Shown: positions 39,191-48,900 of the stretch, piece by piece
How positions within the stretch are numbered: the first letter of the stretch is position 1
How the letters are laid out: every line of letters begins with the position of its first letter
Assembly (NCBI GenBank): GCA_963706325.1
Contig: CAVPLT010000007.1
Span: 32,001-96,000 of the forward strand
DNA from: an uncultured Nitrospiraceae bacterium
GTDB taxonomy: Bacteria; Nitrospirota; Nitrospiria; Nitrospirales; Nitrospiraceae
DNA length: 64,000 nt
Reading direction: 5' to 3'
Translations under genes and position numbers: made by a program
The notes under the pieces: generated by a model
What the model saw: only the letters and a program-made list of their open reading frames with translations
The model's database searches: none
What the model was told of the DNA's origin: nothing

Positions 39191-39565
39191 TTACCGCGGA
39201 TCTCTCACCCACGCACGCCACCACCACCATCCATAGGCCACGACGTTTACACCTATCACCATCATCCCTAAGATCAGTTGAATATCGCGAGTCAGTCTCG
39301 CCGGATACAGCCACGGCAGGAGATAGCGCTCGATAAAGTCGGCGTCGTAGGTCGCGGAGCCGGCCAACTCTCTCAGCCTATTTTCTAACGGCGTAAGCGG
39401 ACAGATCCATCCAGTGAATTCCACGATGGCGCCCCAGGCCGCGGCCGGCAGGTGCAGCCAAACGAGTCGTGGCCATTTCAAGAGCAGTAGACCACCCGCC
39501 ACCGCGAACAACACGAAGACCAGGTGGAGCAGCAGCACAAGATCGGCAAGGAAGCCGTACCACAT
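39191..39565 (-). CDS. DUF2784 family membrane protein
   Basis: ADLVLLLHLVF, LHLPAAAWG, CPLTPLE, FIERY..PWLYP. Confidence 0.85.
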   Translation of the reverse strand: MWYGFLADLVLLLHLVFVLFAVAGGLLLLKWPRLVWLHLPAAAWGAIVEFTGWICPLTPLENRLRELAGSATYDADFIERYLLPWLYPARLTRDIQLILGMMVIGVNVVAYGWWWWRAWVRDPR

Positions 39566-39617
39566 GGCCGCCAGTGTGCAGAGAGTGGGTTCATGAATGC
39601 AATGAAAGCGGGAAGAA

Positions 39618-40190
39618 TCAGAATAGGCGAGGCGGGGCTTCCCGGTCGGCCGGTAGGGGATAGAGCAGACGTTCGCCCTGCAGAACGGCAAAGGCTGTGA
39701 GGCGATGTGTCTGTACCTGGCCTGGTCCCAGAATATGCCACACGTCCCAGCCGCTCGTCAGGAGTCTGTCGGCGATCAGCGACCGATGGCAGCGCCAAGG
39801 GACGGCCTCCGCGCACATAACGACCGTTCGCGATCGAGTGGCCTCCGCCATCAAGGTTTCCAGAGCCTGCTGAAATTCTTCGGTCTGCATATAGTCCGCA
39901 TACCCTCGAAAGCTGGCGTTCTTCCACCCCTTGTTGGGGGAGTCCGGGCTCGCCACCCGTCGGCCTCCCAAGTTCGGCATGTGTCGGTATGTCAGTCCGG
40001 CTTGGGTGAGACTCTCCGCCAGCGCGTCGGAGTGGAAATGCGGGTAGCGTCGCGATCCCGGATACCGCCGAACGTCGACGAGCCCCGCGATCCCCTGCGC
40101 GCTCAGCAGCGCAAGAAACTCTTCGTTTGTTCGGGTCGAATGGCCAATGGTCCAGAGGGTCGGCGCGGTCGTAAGTGGTGGAAGGTTCAT
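39618..40190 (-). CDS. DUF488 family protein
   Basis: TIGHSTR, VDVRRYPGSRR, LGGRR, MCAEAVPWRCHR. Confidence 0.9.
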   Translation of the reverse strand: MNLPPLTTAPTLWTIGHSTRTNEEFLALLSAQGIAGLVDVRRYPGSRRYPHFHSDALAESLTQAGLTYRHMPNLGGRRVASPDSPNKGWKNASFRGYADYMQTEEFQQALETLMAEATRSRTVVMCAEAVPWRCHRSLIADRLLTSGWDVWHILGPGQVQTHRLTAFAVLQGERLLYPLPADREAPPRLF

Positions 40191-40199
40191 GTTGCGATC

Positions 40200-40622
40200 C
40201 TACGATAGCAACGCTGTTGGTCTCGCAATCACGGACAAGTCTCCATAGCTGCCGGTGTCCCCGCAGAGTGTGGCGAACGGGAGTAGAAGTTGGGCGCTGG
40301 GAGGGACCGCAGCATTACGCGCCCAGGCCGCCAGATCTTGAGGATCCTCAAGTATATCCAGCGGTACTTCGTAATATCGCGCAAGAATACGCCGCGGGCT
40401 GGGACGGAACGGTTGCATGCCGCGTGAGCGATAAAATGGTTGCGTCAGGTCATGAGTTTTGAAAAAGAGTCGCCCTCTATGGATAATAGCGAAAAATCTC
40501 CCTTGAAAGTAAAGGCCGTAACCGCCGAACATGGCCCTGCCGGTGAGGTCCGGCATCGCGCTGAGCTGATCCAACACAAAATCTTTGAAACTGTCACTGC
40601 GCCTGCGCCGAGGTGGCCCCAT
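40200..40622 (-). CDS. TfoX/Sxy N-terminal domain protein
   Basis: RAMFGGYGLY, FAII, YYEVP. Confidence 0.82.
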   Translation of the reverse strand: MGPPRRRRSDSFKDFVLDQLSAMPDLTGRAMFGGYGLYFQGRFFAIIHRGRLFFKTHDLTQPFYRSRGMQPFRPSPRRILARYYEVPLDILEDPQDLAAWARNAAVPPSAQLLLPFATLCGDTGSYGDLSVIARPTALLS

Positions 40623-40811
40623 CAGATTCCTGCCGTACAAGCCGATCAGACGAACATCGTTCCTTCGCAGTCGACAGTCCGATGTGGACGGCTGACTAGA
40701 CCATTAGGAATGCGCGATCTCTACAACCTTCGCCCGGGGCGCACGCTCCGCTGCCGGCAGAAGGTCACGCCGGCCTCATTACTTGCGGCGCACTGTGCAA
40801 CATTGCGCAGA

Positions 40812-41246
40812 TCATTTCAATGCCTGCAGAGACTCGCGTAGTTCCCGCACCTCCGTAGCAAAGAGTTCCAGATGCTGGCTGCGTTGGGGTTGATCGTCTT
40901 TAAACTTCCAGACTCGCTTGAAAATTGCCCGCAACTCTTTGTTGTGCGTCACGGCTAGCGCATAGGCCGGCGTCTCGCGTTTGTCCTTGTCGACGCAGCA
41001 AATGGTGTTGTCGAAAGCATGCCACTGGTTATGCAAGTCATTGAAGGCTTGATCGTCCCCCCGTCCGTTTTGACCGGCTTTCGCGGTCGTCTCCATCATA
41101 TTGGTCAGATTGATCAGGGTCTCGATGGTGTCGGCGCCCTTGGCCTTTTCGGTAAATTCCTTCGCATGCGGATAGAAAAGATAGCTGCAGCCGCTGGTGG
41201 TGAGTATCACCAGCCCGATCACACCAGCCAGTAGAACCTGTCGCAT
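40812..41246 (-). CDS. Conserved helical lipoprotein
   Basis: SD AAGGAGG, signal peptide with TSGC lipobox. Confidence 0.75.
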   Translation of the reverse strand: MRQVLLAGVIGLVILTTSGCSYLFYPHAKEFTEKAKGADTIETLINLTNMMETTAKAGQNGRGDDQAFNDLHNQWHAFDNTICCVDKDKRETPAYALAVTHNKELRAIFKRVWKFKDDQPQRSQHLELFATEVRELRESLQALK

Positions 41247-41411
41247 AGAAGCCTCCTTTGTTAGGGTTCTCGACCCTCGTAAATCAGCTTGGTCGATTGA
41301 GCCGGTTAATTCAACCGGTATTTGCTGAGTCCGTGCTCGTAGGTCCACGTAGGTTCATGTGTAAGGACGGCCTGGGCTTGTTCGCGCAGGTATGAGCCGG
41401 TACAGTGAATC

Positions 41412-42947
41412 ATGGACCTGGCACAATTGGTGAGGGCGGTGGAACTCGTTCGCGCCACCGCCAAGAAAACCGAGAAGGTGCATCGACTCGCAGAGCTTCT
41501 GCGCCACACCCATGGCTATGAGACACAGCTGGCGGCGCTGTACCTTTGCGGCTCGTTGCCGCAGGGAAAAATCGGTGTCGGATGGGCGGTGCTGCAGAAA
41601 GCCATGGCCGAAGGTCCGGCGATCGGTGAGCGGTTGTCACTGTCGGATGTCGACAGTGAATTGACCGGGGTGGCAGCCGAGCGGGGGCCTGGCTCGAACG
41701 AAAGGAGGACGGCCCGACTCGGCCGTCTGTTTGTCCGCGCCACCACAGACGAACGGCAGTTCCTGGCTCGGCTGGTGGTTGGGGAGATCCGCCAAGGCGC
41801 CTTGGAGGGCCTGCTGCTCGATGCCGTCGCGAAAGCTTCTGGCCGGGCCGCGAGAGCCATCCGACAAGCCTTTATGTTCTCCGGCAACATCGGAGAGGTC
41901 GCGCGGGTGGCGTTAGAAGAAGGGCCCGAAGGTCTGACTCGTTTTTCGTTGCGTCTTTTCCAGCCGGTCTCGCCCATGCTCGCGGGCAGCACGGAAAATG
42001 TCGAAGATGCGTTAGCGCGACTGGATGGGGCGGCCCTGGAATACAAACTTGACGGCGCGCGTATTCAAGTCCACAAGGGCGGCGATGAGGTCCGCATCTT
42101 CACGCGGCAATTGCAGGATGTCACCGGGCGGATGCCTGATCTCATTGAATGGGCGCGGAGCTTGCCGGTGCGGGATGCTGTGCTGGACGGAGAGGCCTTG
42201 GCGCTCCGGCCCGATGGCCGTCCGCATCCATTTCAGGTGACGATGCGTCGCCTGGGAAGAAGCAAGAACATTGAGGAATTAACAGCAGACATTCCACTCA
42301 CGCCGTTCATGTTCGATGCGCTCTATTTAGACGGGAATGTGCTGGTAGATAGGCCATATCACGAGCGAAACGCCCAGCTCATTGAAACGGTGTCCGCTGC
42401 CGCCGTGCCTCGGCTGCTCACGAAGCAGGCTGAAGACGCCCGACAGTTTTTCCAACGAGCCTTGGCGGCAGGGCATGAAGGGATTATGGTGAAGTCGTTA
42501 TCGGCACCCTATGTGGCCGGACAACGCGGCGCACAGTGGTTGAAGCTGAAGCAGGCCGCCACGCTTGACCTTGTCATCCTGGCGGCAGAATGGGGAAGCG
42601 GTCGTCGAACCGGATGGCTCTCCAATCTGCACCTGGGCGCGAGAGACAGTGAAACCGGGCAACTCGTCATGCTGGGCAAGACCTTCAAGGGATTGACCGA
42701 TGACATGCTTCGCCGGCAGACCGAGACACTCCTTGCGCTCGAAACTCACCGCGATGAACACGTCGTGTATGTCCGCCCCGCACTGGTCGCCGAAATTGCG
42801 TTTAGCGACATACAGGAATCGCCGCGTTATCCCGGTGGCCTCGCCCTGCGATTCGCCCGGGTGAAGAGGTATCGTCCGGATAAGTCAGTTGGGCAGGCAG
42901 ATACTATTCAAACTGTGAGAGGTATGTTTACCCGACAGCGAGCCTGA
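41412..42947 (+). CDS. ATP-dependent DNA ligase
   Basis: EYKLDGAR (adenylated Lys), VLDGE, EGIMVK, WLKLK, LRFAR..R.DK. Confidence 0.93.
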   Translation: MDLAQLVRAVELVRATAKKTEKVHRLAELLRHTHGYETQLAALYLCGSLPQGKIGVGWAVLQKAMAEGPAIGERLSLSDVDSELTGVAAERGPGSNERRTARLGRLFVRATTDERQFLARLVVGEIRQGALEGLLLDAVAKASGRAARAIRQAFMFSGNIGEVARVALEEGPEGLTRFSLRLFQPVSPMLAGSTENVEDALARLDGAALEYKLDGARIQVHKGGDEVRIFTRQLQDVTGRMPDLIEWARSLPVRDAVLDGEALALRPDGRPHPFQVTMRRLGRSKNIEELTADIPLTPFMFDALYLDGNVLVDRPYHERNAQLIETVSAAAVPRLLTKQAEDARQFFQRALAAGHEGIMVKSLSAPYVAGQRGAQWLKLKQAATLDLVILAAEWGSGRRTGWLSNLHLGARDSETGQLVMLGKTFKGLTDDMLRRQTETLLALETHRDEHVVYVRPALVAEIAFSDIQESPRYPGGLALRFARVKRYRPDKSVGQADTIQTVRGMFTRQRA

Positions 42948-43059
42948 CGCAGGCTCGACGCTCTCAGAAAAACTAGGGGTTTATCTAGTGGGGAGCCCAT
43001 CGATGGTGAAGCTACATTCAATCTGGCAGCTCACAGTTCACCACTATTCGGAGGATGGT

Positions 43060-43338
43060 ATGCGTATATTTGTGACGGCAGCAATGGTTGGCATTTGCAT
43101 GGTAGCGGGTTTCACCCTCTCTGCAGGGGCCAGCGAAACGAAGGCCAAGATGGAAAAGGCCAAAGGCGAGATGAAGGCCGATACCGAGGAGATGAAGGGC
43201 GAAGTGAAGGGCATGAAAGAGGAGATGAAGGGCAATGATACCAGCGCTGCTATGGAGCGGGCGAAAGGAAATGTGAAGGGGACCACCGAACGAGCCAAGG
43301 GAAAAATCAACGAAACGACAGAGAAGATAAAAGACTAG
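43060..43338 (+). CDS. Exported low-complexity Lys/Glu/Met-rich protein (CsbD/LEA-like)
   Basis: SD GGAGG, signal peptide, repeated (E)MKG/AKG units. Confidence 0.75.
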   Translation: MRIFVTAAMVGICMVAGFTLSAGASETKAKMEKAKGEMKADTEEMKGEVKGMKEEMKGNDTSAAMERAKGNVKGTTERAKGKINETTEKIKD

Positions 43339-43348
43339 CGTGATTGAC

Positions 43349-43385
43349 GATCCGTCCCGTCGCTGAATTGCCGGCGGGGTGGATC
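43349..43385. terminator. Hairpin between convergent genes
   Basis: GATCCGTCCCGTCG...CGGCGGGGTGGATC. Confidence 0.5.
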
Positions 43386-43388
43386 TGC

Positions 43389-44249
43389 TCAGCGCTCAGG
43401 CTTGCGGGCCGCGACGACTCGAGCCGCGATGGGTAATACGATACGATCATGGCGGCGGAACCCATTTACCGCGGTGATAATTCCTCGTTCCGCCTCCGAT
43501 TTCTGCTGTGGCGTCAGTGTCGCGAATAGGTTTTGAAACGGCGCCGCAATATCCATCAAACTGCTAAAGAACTCCTCCGCTGTGGTATAGGTTACGTCGG
43601 CGAGAAACTCTTCTTCGCTCAACCGGGCTAGCCCGGCTCCTTTCAACATTCCTGTCAATTCCCCTGATTTTGCCAGCCGGAACACTCCTGGCGCTTCCGG
43701 GTCCGGCGTCGGCAGCGTCACGATGCTCTTGATGACGTCCATCGGGATTCGCATGAACGGATTTGTGTCCGGTGATGACCAGACGGCCGCTGCCATATAC
43801 CCTCCCGGCTTCAGCACACGTGCCATGTCCTTGAGGGCTTTCGGAATCTCCGGCAGAAACATCAAGCAGAATCGGCTGATCACCGCATCGAACGATTCCC
43901 CGTCAAAGGGAAGGGCGGTCGCGTCCCCCGTTCGAAAGGTGACATGTTTCATTCCAAGGGCCTGGGCCTTGCGTGTGGCGACGGCCAGCATAGATTCGGC
44001 AAGGTCGATTCCCACCACTGAGCCGTCCGATCCCACGACCTCGCCGGCAAGCAAGGCTGGATACCCAGTACCGGATCCCACATCCAGAACCTGCATGCCG
44101 GGTCGCAATCGCGCATCCGCCGCGAGCCTGTGATTGATGAAGGTCATATTACGGCTGAAATACTGGTCCCATTTATCCCAGCCTCCCGCGACGCGGTTCC
44201 AATCTTTGCGCTGGGCCTCAATCACCTCTGCCGGCATTGGCGTTGGCAT
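43389..44249 (-). CDS. Class I SAM-dependent methyltransferase (UbiE-like)
   Basis: [32 protein letters not shown]. Confidence 0.9.
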   Translation of the reverse strand: MPTPMPAEVIEAQRKDWNRVAGGWDKWDQYFSRNMTFINHRLAADARLRPGMQVLDVGSGTGYPALLAGEVVGSDGSVVGIDLAESMLAVATRKAQALGMKHVTFRTGDATALPFDGESFDAVISRFCLMFLPEIPKALKDMARVLKPGGYMAAAVWSSPDTNPFMRIPMDVIKSIVTLPTPDPEAPGVFRLAKSGELTGMLKGAGLARLSEEEFLADVTYTTAEEFFSSLMDIAAPFQNLFATLTPQQKSEAERGIITAVNGFRRHDRIVLPIAARVVAARKPER

Positions 44250-44289
44250 CAAGAATCTCCTTGTCGGCCATGGATCCAGCGAACATGCG

Positions 44290-44793
44290 CTACCTCACCC
44301 GTTCGAAGGTAAATATTTTGGGTACGTCTTTTCCCGCTTTGCTCAGCATCCACGTTTGAGTGAAATGGTCGTGATCCTTCACGTCGATCGACAGCTGATG
44401 CATGTGAACGTCAGTCGGGTTTTTGAGATTGGTCGCATCCACGAAGGCAAAATTGATGGACTTATCGCCCTCTTTCACTCCACCCGCGCGCATGCGGGGC
44501 TGATTGTTGAGAGAGCAGTAATGCGTCAGCATCAGTTGGTCGCCGTCGCTATAGTACATGGTGGTCATGGGCGGACTGTCGGGCGGCGTGAGAGTTTCAG
44601 TCAGGTTGGTGCCCCCCGAGCTGAGTGCATAGGTAGTCTTGTAGGCCTTTCCGTCGGCATCGGTGCCCTTCCATTCTCCGACAAGAAACTTCAGGGGAGC
44701 CAGACTGGTATCGGGGGCATCGGCTGCGTGAGATGAGATCGATAAACAGAGAAGCAGGAGAACGTAGAGAGTGCGGGACATTCCTCGCGGCAT
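44290..44793 (-). CDS. Exported beta-rich conserved hypothetical protein
   Basis: Signal peptide, LKFLVGEWKG, MTTMYY, LTHYCSLNNQPRM. Confidence 0.8.
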   Translation of the reverse strand: MPRGMSRTLYVLLLLCLSISSHAADAPDTSLAPLKFLVGEWKGTDADGKAYKTTYALSSGGTNLTETLTPPDSPPMTTMYYSDGDQLMLTHYCSLNNQPRMRAGGVKEGDKSINFAFVDATNLKNPTDVHMHQLSIDVKDHDHFTQTWMLSKAGKDVPKIFTFERVR

Positions 44794-45145
44794 GCAAACC
44801 CTCCATCATGATGCGGGACGAAGCAATGAAAAGCCAGTCAAGCATGTCTCTCCGGTCGAGATCAAGCCCTTTTCGGCTGCGGTCGCATGAACGAGTCAGT
44901 CGAATACGCGTGCTGGATCCACCGGTACGGCTGTCTCAGGAGCCTTGCAGGAAATGCTGTAAGGTTCGGCTGTCTCCTCCGTCTGTATGAGCGTATGGGC
45001 CGATAGTTACCACAGGCAGGTGTCCGAGGACGCAGACCGAATCCACTCAGATCGCCCTGCAACGCTCGAACGACCTTCGTTCCAGATACGCTCTTGATGA
45101 AGAAAGGGAGATCGTTGATAACGTGATGATGTAAGGACCATCCTG

Positions 45146-46102
45146 ATGAAACGAAAAAATGTTGTGCGGCTGGGGGTCATCATCGTGACGGCGGTGATCG
45201 CCGTCACGATGGCCGCCTGCAGCCAGTTTGAGCCGCGTGACAAACGATTTTATTATCGGGCGCTGTGGAACTTCGCGCTGCGGGAAGACCTCGCCGAACT
45301 CGACAGCGAGTTCAACGGCGTCGACTTCGGACATTCCAATCTGTACGAGCATCTTTTGCTCACCGGCGGCAGAGACGTCCCGGCTATTGAGGACACAGCC
45401 CGCAAGCAAACGCTGGCCTTTATCGCCACCAAGCCACGCCTCAATCCTAGTGAGGAGGCCATCGCTCCCACCTATATGAAGCTGGCCTGGCGCGCCCAGA
45501 ATACGTTCGACGAAGCGCACGCGCTACACCGCGCCACCTATGACATCATGGTCTCAGACGAACCGGACAAAGATCGTGCGATTCAAAACGTGCTGAACTA
45601 TTACCGTGAGAGCGCCTACGCCATTACGACGAAGCGGCTGGATCACCATCGACTGGATCAGTTTCCCTACTCCAAGGCGTTTAGGAAACGATTTCCTCTG
45701 TTCAATGCCACCATCTGGTCGTATCACTACTTGCAAGTGGCCGTGTACGATCCCTTGCAGGCGGCGTCTGATCTAGCGGCAAAGACCCAGGCCGTGCGGC
45801 CTATTCTCACCACTTACCACCGATACCTGGCCGATCCGCCCGTGCAGTGGACGTTCATGCCGCTGACGGCGGAATTGAGCCCCAGGTTCGCGGCGCGCTA
45901 TCCGGAGCTTGCGAATATTTTCGACAACCTTCACATGCTGCATGACAACATCAGCGATATTCTGACGAGTGAACTCGTGCCTACGTGGGAAGAAAAGCGC
46001 ACCGAAATCTACCGCCTCGTGAATACCTATTACTTCGCCGGCGCGGATGCGACAAATCCGATGATCGTCGAAACTCAGGCAGATCAGGAGCATCAGCATT
46101 GA
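45146..46102 (+). CDS. His-rich lipoprotein of unknown function, possibly metal-binding
   Basis: Lipobox MAAC; GHSNLYE, AHALH, YHYLQ, NIFDNLHMLHD; C-terminal HQH. Confidence 0.8.
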   Translation: MKRKNVVRLGVIIVTAVIAVTMAACSQFEPRDKRFYYRALWNFALREDLAELDSEFNGVDFGHSNLYEHLLLTGGRDVPAIEDTARKQTLAFIATKPRLNPSEEAIAPTYMKLAWRAQNTFDEAHALHRATYDIMVSDEPDKDRAIQNVLNYYRESAYAITTKRLDHHRLDQFPYSKAFRKRFPLFNATIWSYHYLQVAVYDPLQAASDLAAKTQAVRPILTTYHRYLADPPVQWTFMPLTAELSPRFAARYPELANIFDNLHMLHDNISDILTSELVPTWEEKRTEIYRLVNTYYFAGADATNPMIVETQADQEHQH

Positions 46103-46884
46103 GCAAACCGGATAGGCGGACGATTTGCGGCCTGTTTTTCGCACTGCTGGCCCTGTCGCCGCTGTCGGGTCTGGCTTTAGACCATGACAATCTCGATCCC
46201 AACCGTCCGATCGGCATGGAGGACGCCTATGCCATTCCCAAGGGCGAAATCGGCATGGAAGGCGGCGTGCGATTTAACGATCGCCGGGAAGGGCGCACGC
46301 GCGTCACGTTCCAGCCGCAAATCATCTATGGCGCATTTGAGAACACCCAGATTGAAATCCAAGGCGATTTGTTTACCGACCCCCAATCCCTGGTCGGCGC
46401 GAACAAATCCGGAGACCTGCACCTGGGTGTCCTGTACAATTTCAACACCGAGACGTTGAATATTCCGGCCATGGCCGTGCGGGTGGAGGCCGATCTGCCG
46501 ACAGGCGTGAACTCGAAAGGCGTGGATACGCAACTTACCGGCATCCTCACGCGTTCGTTCGGGCGGCTCCGTGCCCATCTCAACCTAGGCTACAGCCTTC
46601 TCGGCTCTCCGCAAGGTCAAGAGAGGTCGGGCGCCTATCGCGCCGTCGCCGCAGTCAGTTATCCGCTCGGCTATCCCACTAGTTTTCGCGACACGCTGAT
46701 CGCCAGTATCTATAGCCGCCAGTCGGATCTTCGTGGGCAGCGGAATCACACCGGTGTGGAAATAGGTCTGCGCCACCAACTCACCTCGCGTGTGGTGTTA
46801 GACGGCGGCCTCGGCACCGAGTTCCTCGGGCCGTCTGATCGGGCAGCGCTCCTTGGAACAGTAGGAGTGTCAGTAGGGTTTTGA
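46099..46884 (+). CDS. Putative outer-membrane beta-barrel transporter (MetA-pathway/'transporter' type)
   Basis: TTG start overlapping the upstream stop; signal peptide; amphipathic strands; LPTG, HLNLGY; C-terminal F. Confidence 0.78.
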   Translation: MSKPDRRTICGLFFALLALSPLSGLALDHDNLDPNRPIGMEDAYAIPKGEIGMEGGVRFNDRREGRTRVTFQPQIIYGAFENTQIEIQGDLFTDPQSLVGANKSGDLHLGVLYNFNTETLNIPAMAVRVEADLPTGVNSKGVDTQLTGILTRSFGRLRAHLNLGYSLLGSPQGQERSGAYRAVAAVSYPLGYPTSFRDTLIASIYSRQSDLRGQRNHTGVEIGLRHQLTSRVVLDGGLGTEFLGPSDRAALLGTVGVSVGF

Positions 46885-46908
46885 GAATCGCAATCTGCGA
46901 AGGGTGAG

Positions 46909-48210
46909 TCAGCGGCCGTGGCCGCCATGGCTACCGCCGCTCCCACCATGGGAATGTCCCACTCCGCTGGAATGGGTGTGTCCGCCGAAATATTGCGGGC
47001 TCACAGATGCGCTCGGGTGCGTGGTAGGAGAGGGTGAGGTGTGGATGTTGGGGGGGCTAGGGCGCCAGAAATGTGAGGGATGGAGCTGATAGGTGGTGGA
47101 TGAGGGGGCAGACTGGTGCATCACCGGCGGAATGGAGCGTGGAGTGGGGATGTTGACGATGTCGCCAACCTTTGCAGGCACGCCGGCGGGTGTCAGCAGC
47201 GGCGGTGACTGATGATTGTGCGCATGGGGCGGAGTAGGGACCAACAATGTGTGACGCGGCGGCAATGCGGAGGCTCCTCCTGTTGGGGGTGACATCCGGC
47301 CAGGCTGAGCCGCGATGTGTTGGTGTGCGAGCGGAAGATGACGGTGCCGGGGGTAGAGGCCTTGCGCCTGCAGCAGCAAGCCGTTCACTCCGCCCACGCC
47401 GATCGAGGGATAGGAGTAGAATCCCGGCGTAGCATAGACCACGCTTGTCCACGCTTGGGACACAAGACCGGTGGCTTGCAGTTCATTGAGCAGGTCCTCG
47501 CGCTCGCGGCTGAGCTGTTGCACCTCGCCAGGCGATGGGGCGGCGGCGAGGGCTCGGCTGGTGGCATCGAGCTGTTCCTGCAATCGATCCGTTTCGGCGC
47601 GGAGCGCCAGGAACTCTTGCTTGGCACTGTCGTTCTCGCGCAGCGCCGCAATGGCCTGCGCGACCTCATGCGGATCGATCTCGGCCGTGAGGTCGGCGCG
47701 AATCACCACGGCCCCGTCCTCCAGCCTGGGCGTAACCGACTGGTTCACGATCTTCACGATGCCTGCCGTGAAAGAGCGTATGTCATCCCGCGTCACATCC
47801 ATGTTTCGGACTTCGGTCACGCTTTCCAAATAGGTCGCCACCTGTTCGAGCGCGTCTTTTTTCGCGGCCTCGACCGCCAAGCGCACGGCATCTGTCCGCG
47901 TGTCATGATCGCTCATGCGATGTTCCCCGCTGGCCGTGACGGTCCTGCTGTCGGCGGAGGGAGGGGATGGTGCAGTGGTGACAACAGGCCCAGCAGGGGG
48001 CGGCGCCTCGTCCTCACGCTGTGTGATCTGGTTGCGGTATTTGTCGGGGATGGAGTCAAACTCATTGGTGAAAGTTTGAACACCGGCGTCATTGATGTAG
48101 CTGTAGATGTGAGTGGACGCAAAGCTGAGCTGGGCAGTAATAGCTTGAGCGGTCAGCCAGATAAGGGAAAAAAGAACCGTGAATGTGGACGCCCTCTGAG
48201 AGAGATACAT
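46909..48210 (-). CDS. Exported protein with DUF4124-like N-terminus, coiled coil and Pro/His/Gly-rich tail
   Basis: Signal peptide, IYSYINDAGVQTFTN..DSIP..YR, ALEQVATYLES.T.V segment, low-complexity C-terminus. Confidence 0.78.
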   Translation of the reverse strand: MYLSQRASTFTVLFSLIWLTAQAITAQLSFASTHIYSYINDAGVQTFTNEFDSIPDKYRNQITQREDEAPPPAGPVVTTAPSPPSADSRTVTASGEHRMSDHDTRTDAVRLAVEAAKKDALEQVATYLESVTEVRNMDVTRDDIRSFTAGIVKIVNQSVTPRLEDGAVVIRADLTAEIDPHEVAQAIAALRENDSAKQEFLALRAETDRLQEQLDATSRALAAAPSPGEVQQLSREREDLLNELQATGLVSQAWTSVVYATPGFYSYPSIGVGGVNGLLLQAQGLYPRHRHLPLAHQHIAAQPGRMSPPTGGASALPPRHTLLVPTPPHAHNHQSPPLLTPAGVPAKVGDIVNIPTPRSIPPVMHQSAPSSTTYQLHPSHFWRPSPPNIHTSPSPTTHPSASVSPQYFGGHTHSSGVGHSHGGSGGSHGGHGR

Positions 48211-48900
48211 ATGGTCCTCTCGTCTCTTCGCTCCGTCAGCATATCACAGGAGCGGATGGGAATTGGCGCAGGTGGACTTGGATAAGTTCAGTCGCAAGCC
48301 GGCATGTTTTGTCGCTCTTCAGCGGGAATGATCCAATGCCGTTACGATCGTGATTCAGCAAACTGGACCAACCCACGATTGGTCAGTCGACAGCGCCCCG
48401 GCGGCTATCTAACGCACCCCTTGGCAAGCCAAAGGCTTCTTCCTCGCATCAAGCGATCCAGTGTCTCCTTGTGAGAAGCGTTCCGAAATGCGCACAGTCA
48501 GTGGTCCAGCTTCCTCCGATTGAAGATGCCATATCGTGGCGACTGGTGGGTGATTCAAGAGTGACACACCTAGCTGCAAACTAACTCTCCGTCTCTCTGT
48601 ATCGCTAGGGCCCTCCCTAGCTGCCAGAAAGCGAGCCCGGCCGTAGGATGGCACCTACTACACTCTAAACATTCAAGCTGACGTCGAGACCGCGCAGCAA
48701 ACACTCACAAGAAGATCTATGGGAACGAGAGTTCCGACCTAAATGTGTAGTTCGACAATTGGGGATGAGAGACTTTTGATAGGAATTCATTCACACCGAC
48801 TGACCTCAGTTTTCTTCATTTCCCGTGGATTTGTCCTCTTTTAGCGCGGCGTTCGGGCCGCGTGAGAGATGTGTTATTCGATTGAGACTTCTGACCCAAC

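Noticed and set aside
40700..40810. Minus-strand QCAASNEAGVTFCRQ resembling a zinc-ribbon remnant
   Set aside because: Too short, no start codon and incomplete Cys pairs; may be chance.
43060..43338. GAGATGAAGG repeats as a CRISPR or tandem DNA repeat
   Set aside because: They are coding repeats (EMK) within a low-complexity protein, without spacer structure.
44860..45140. Possible riboswitch upstream of the His-rich lipoprotein (CGGCTGTCTC occurs twice)
   Set aside because: No recognisable cobalamin, NiCo or other aptamer consensus by eye; needs an Rfam scan.
48290..48900. Long intergenic region as an ncRNA or small gene
   Set aside because: No nested helices or credible ORF found on reading.
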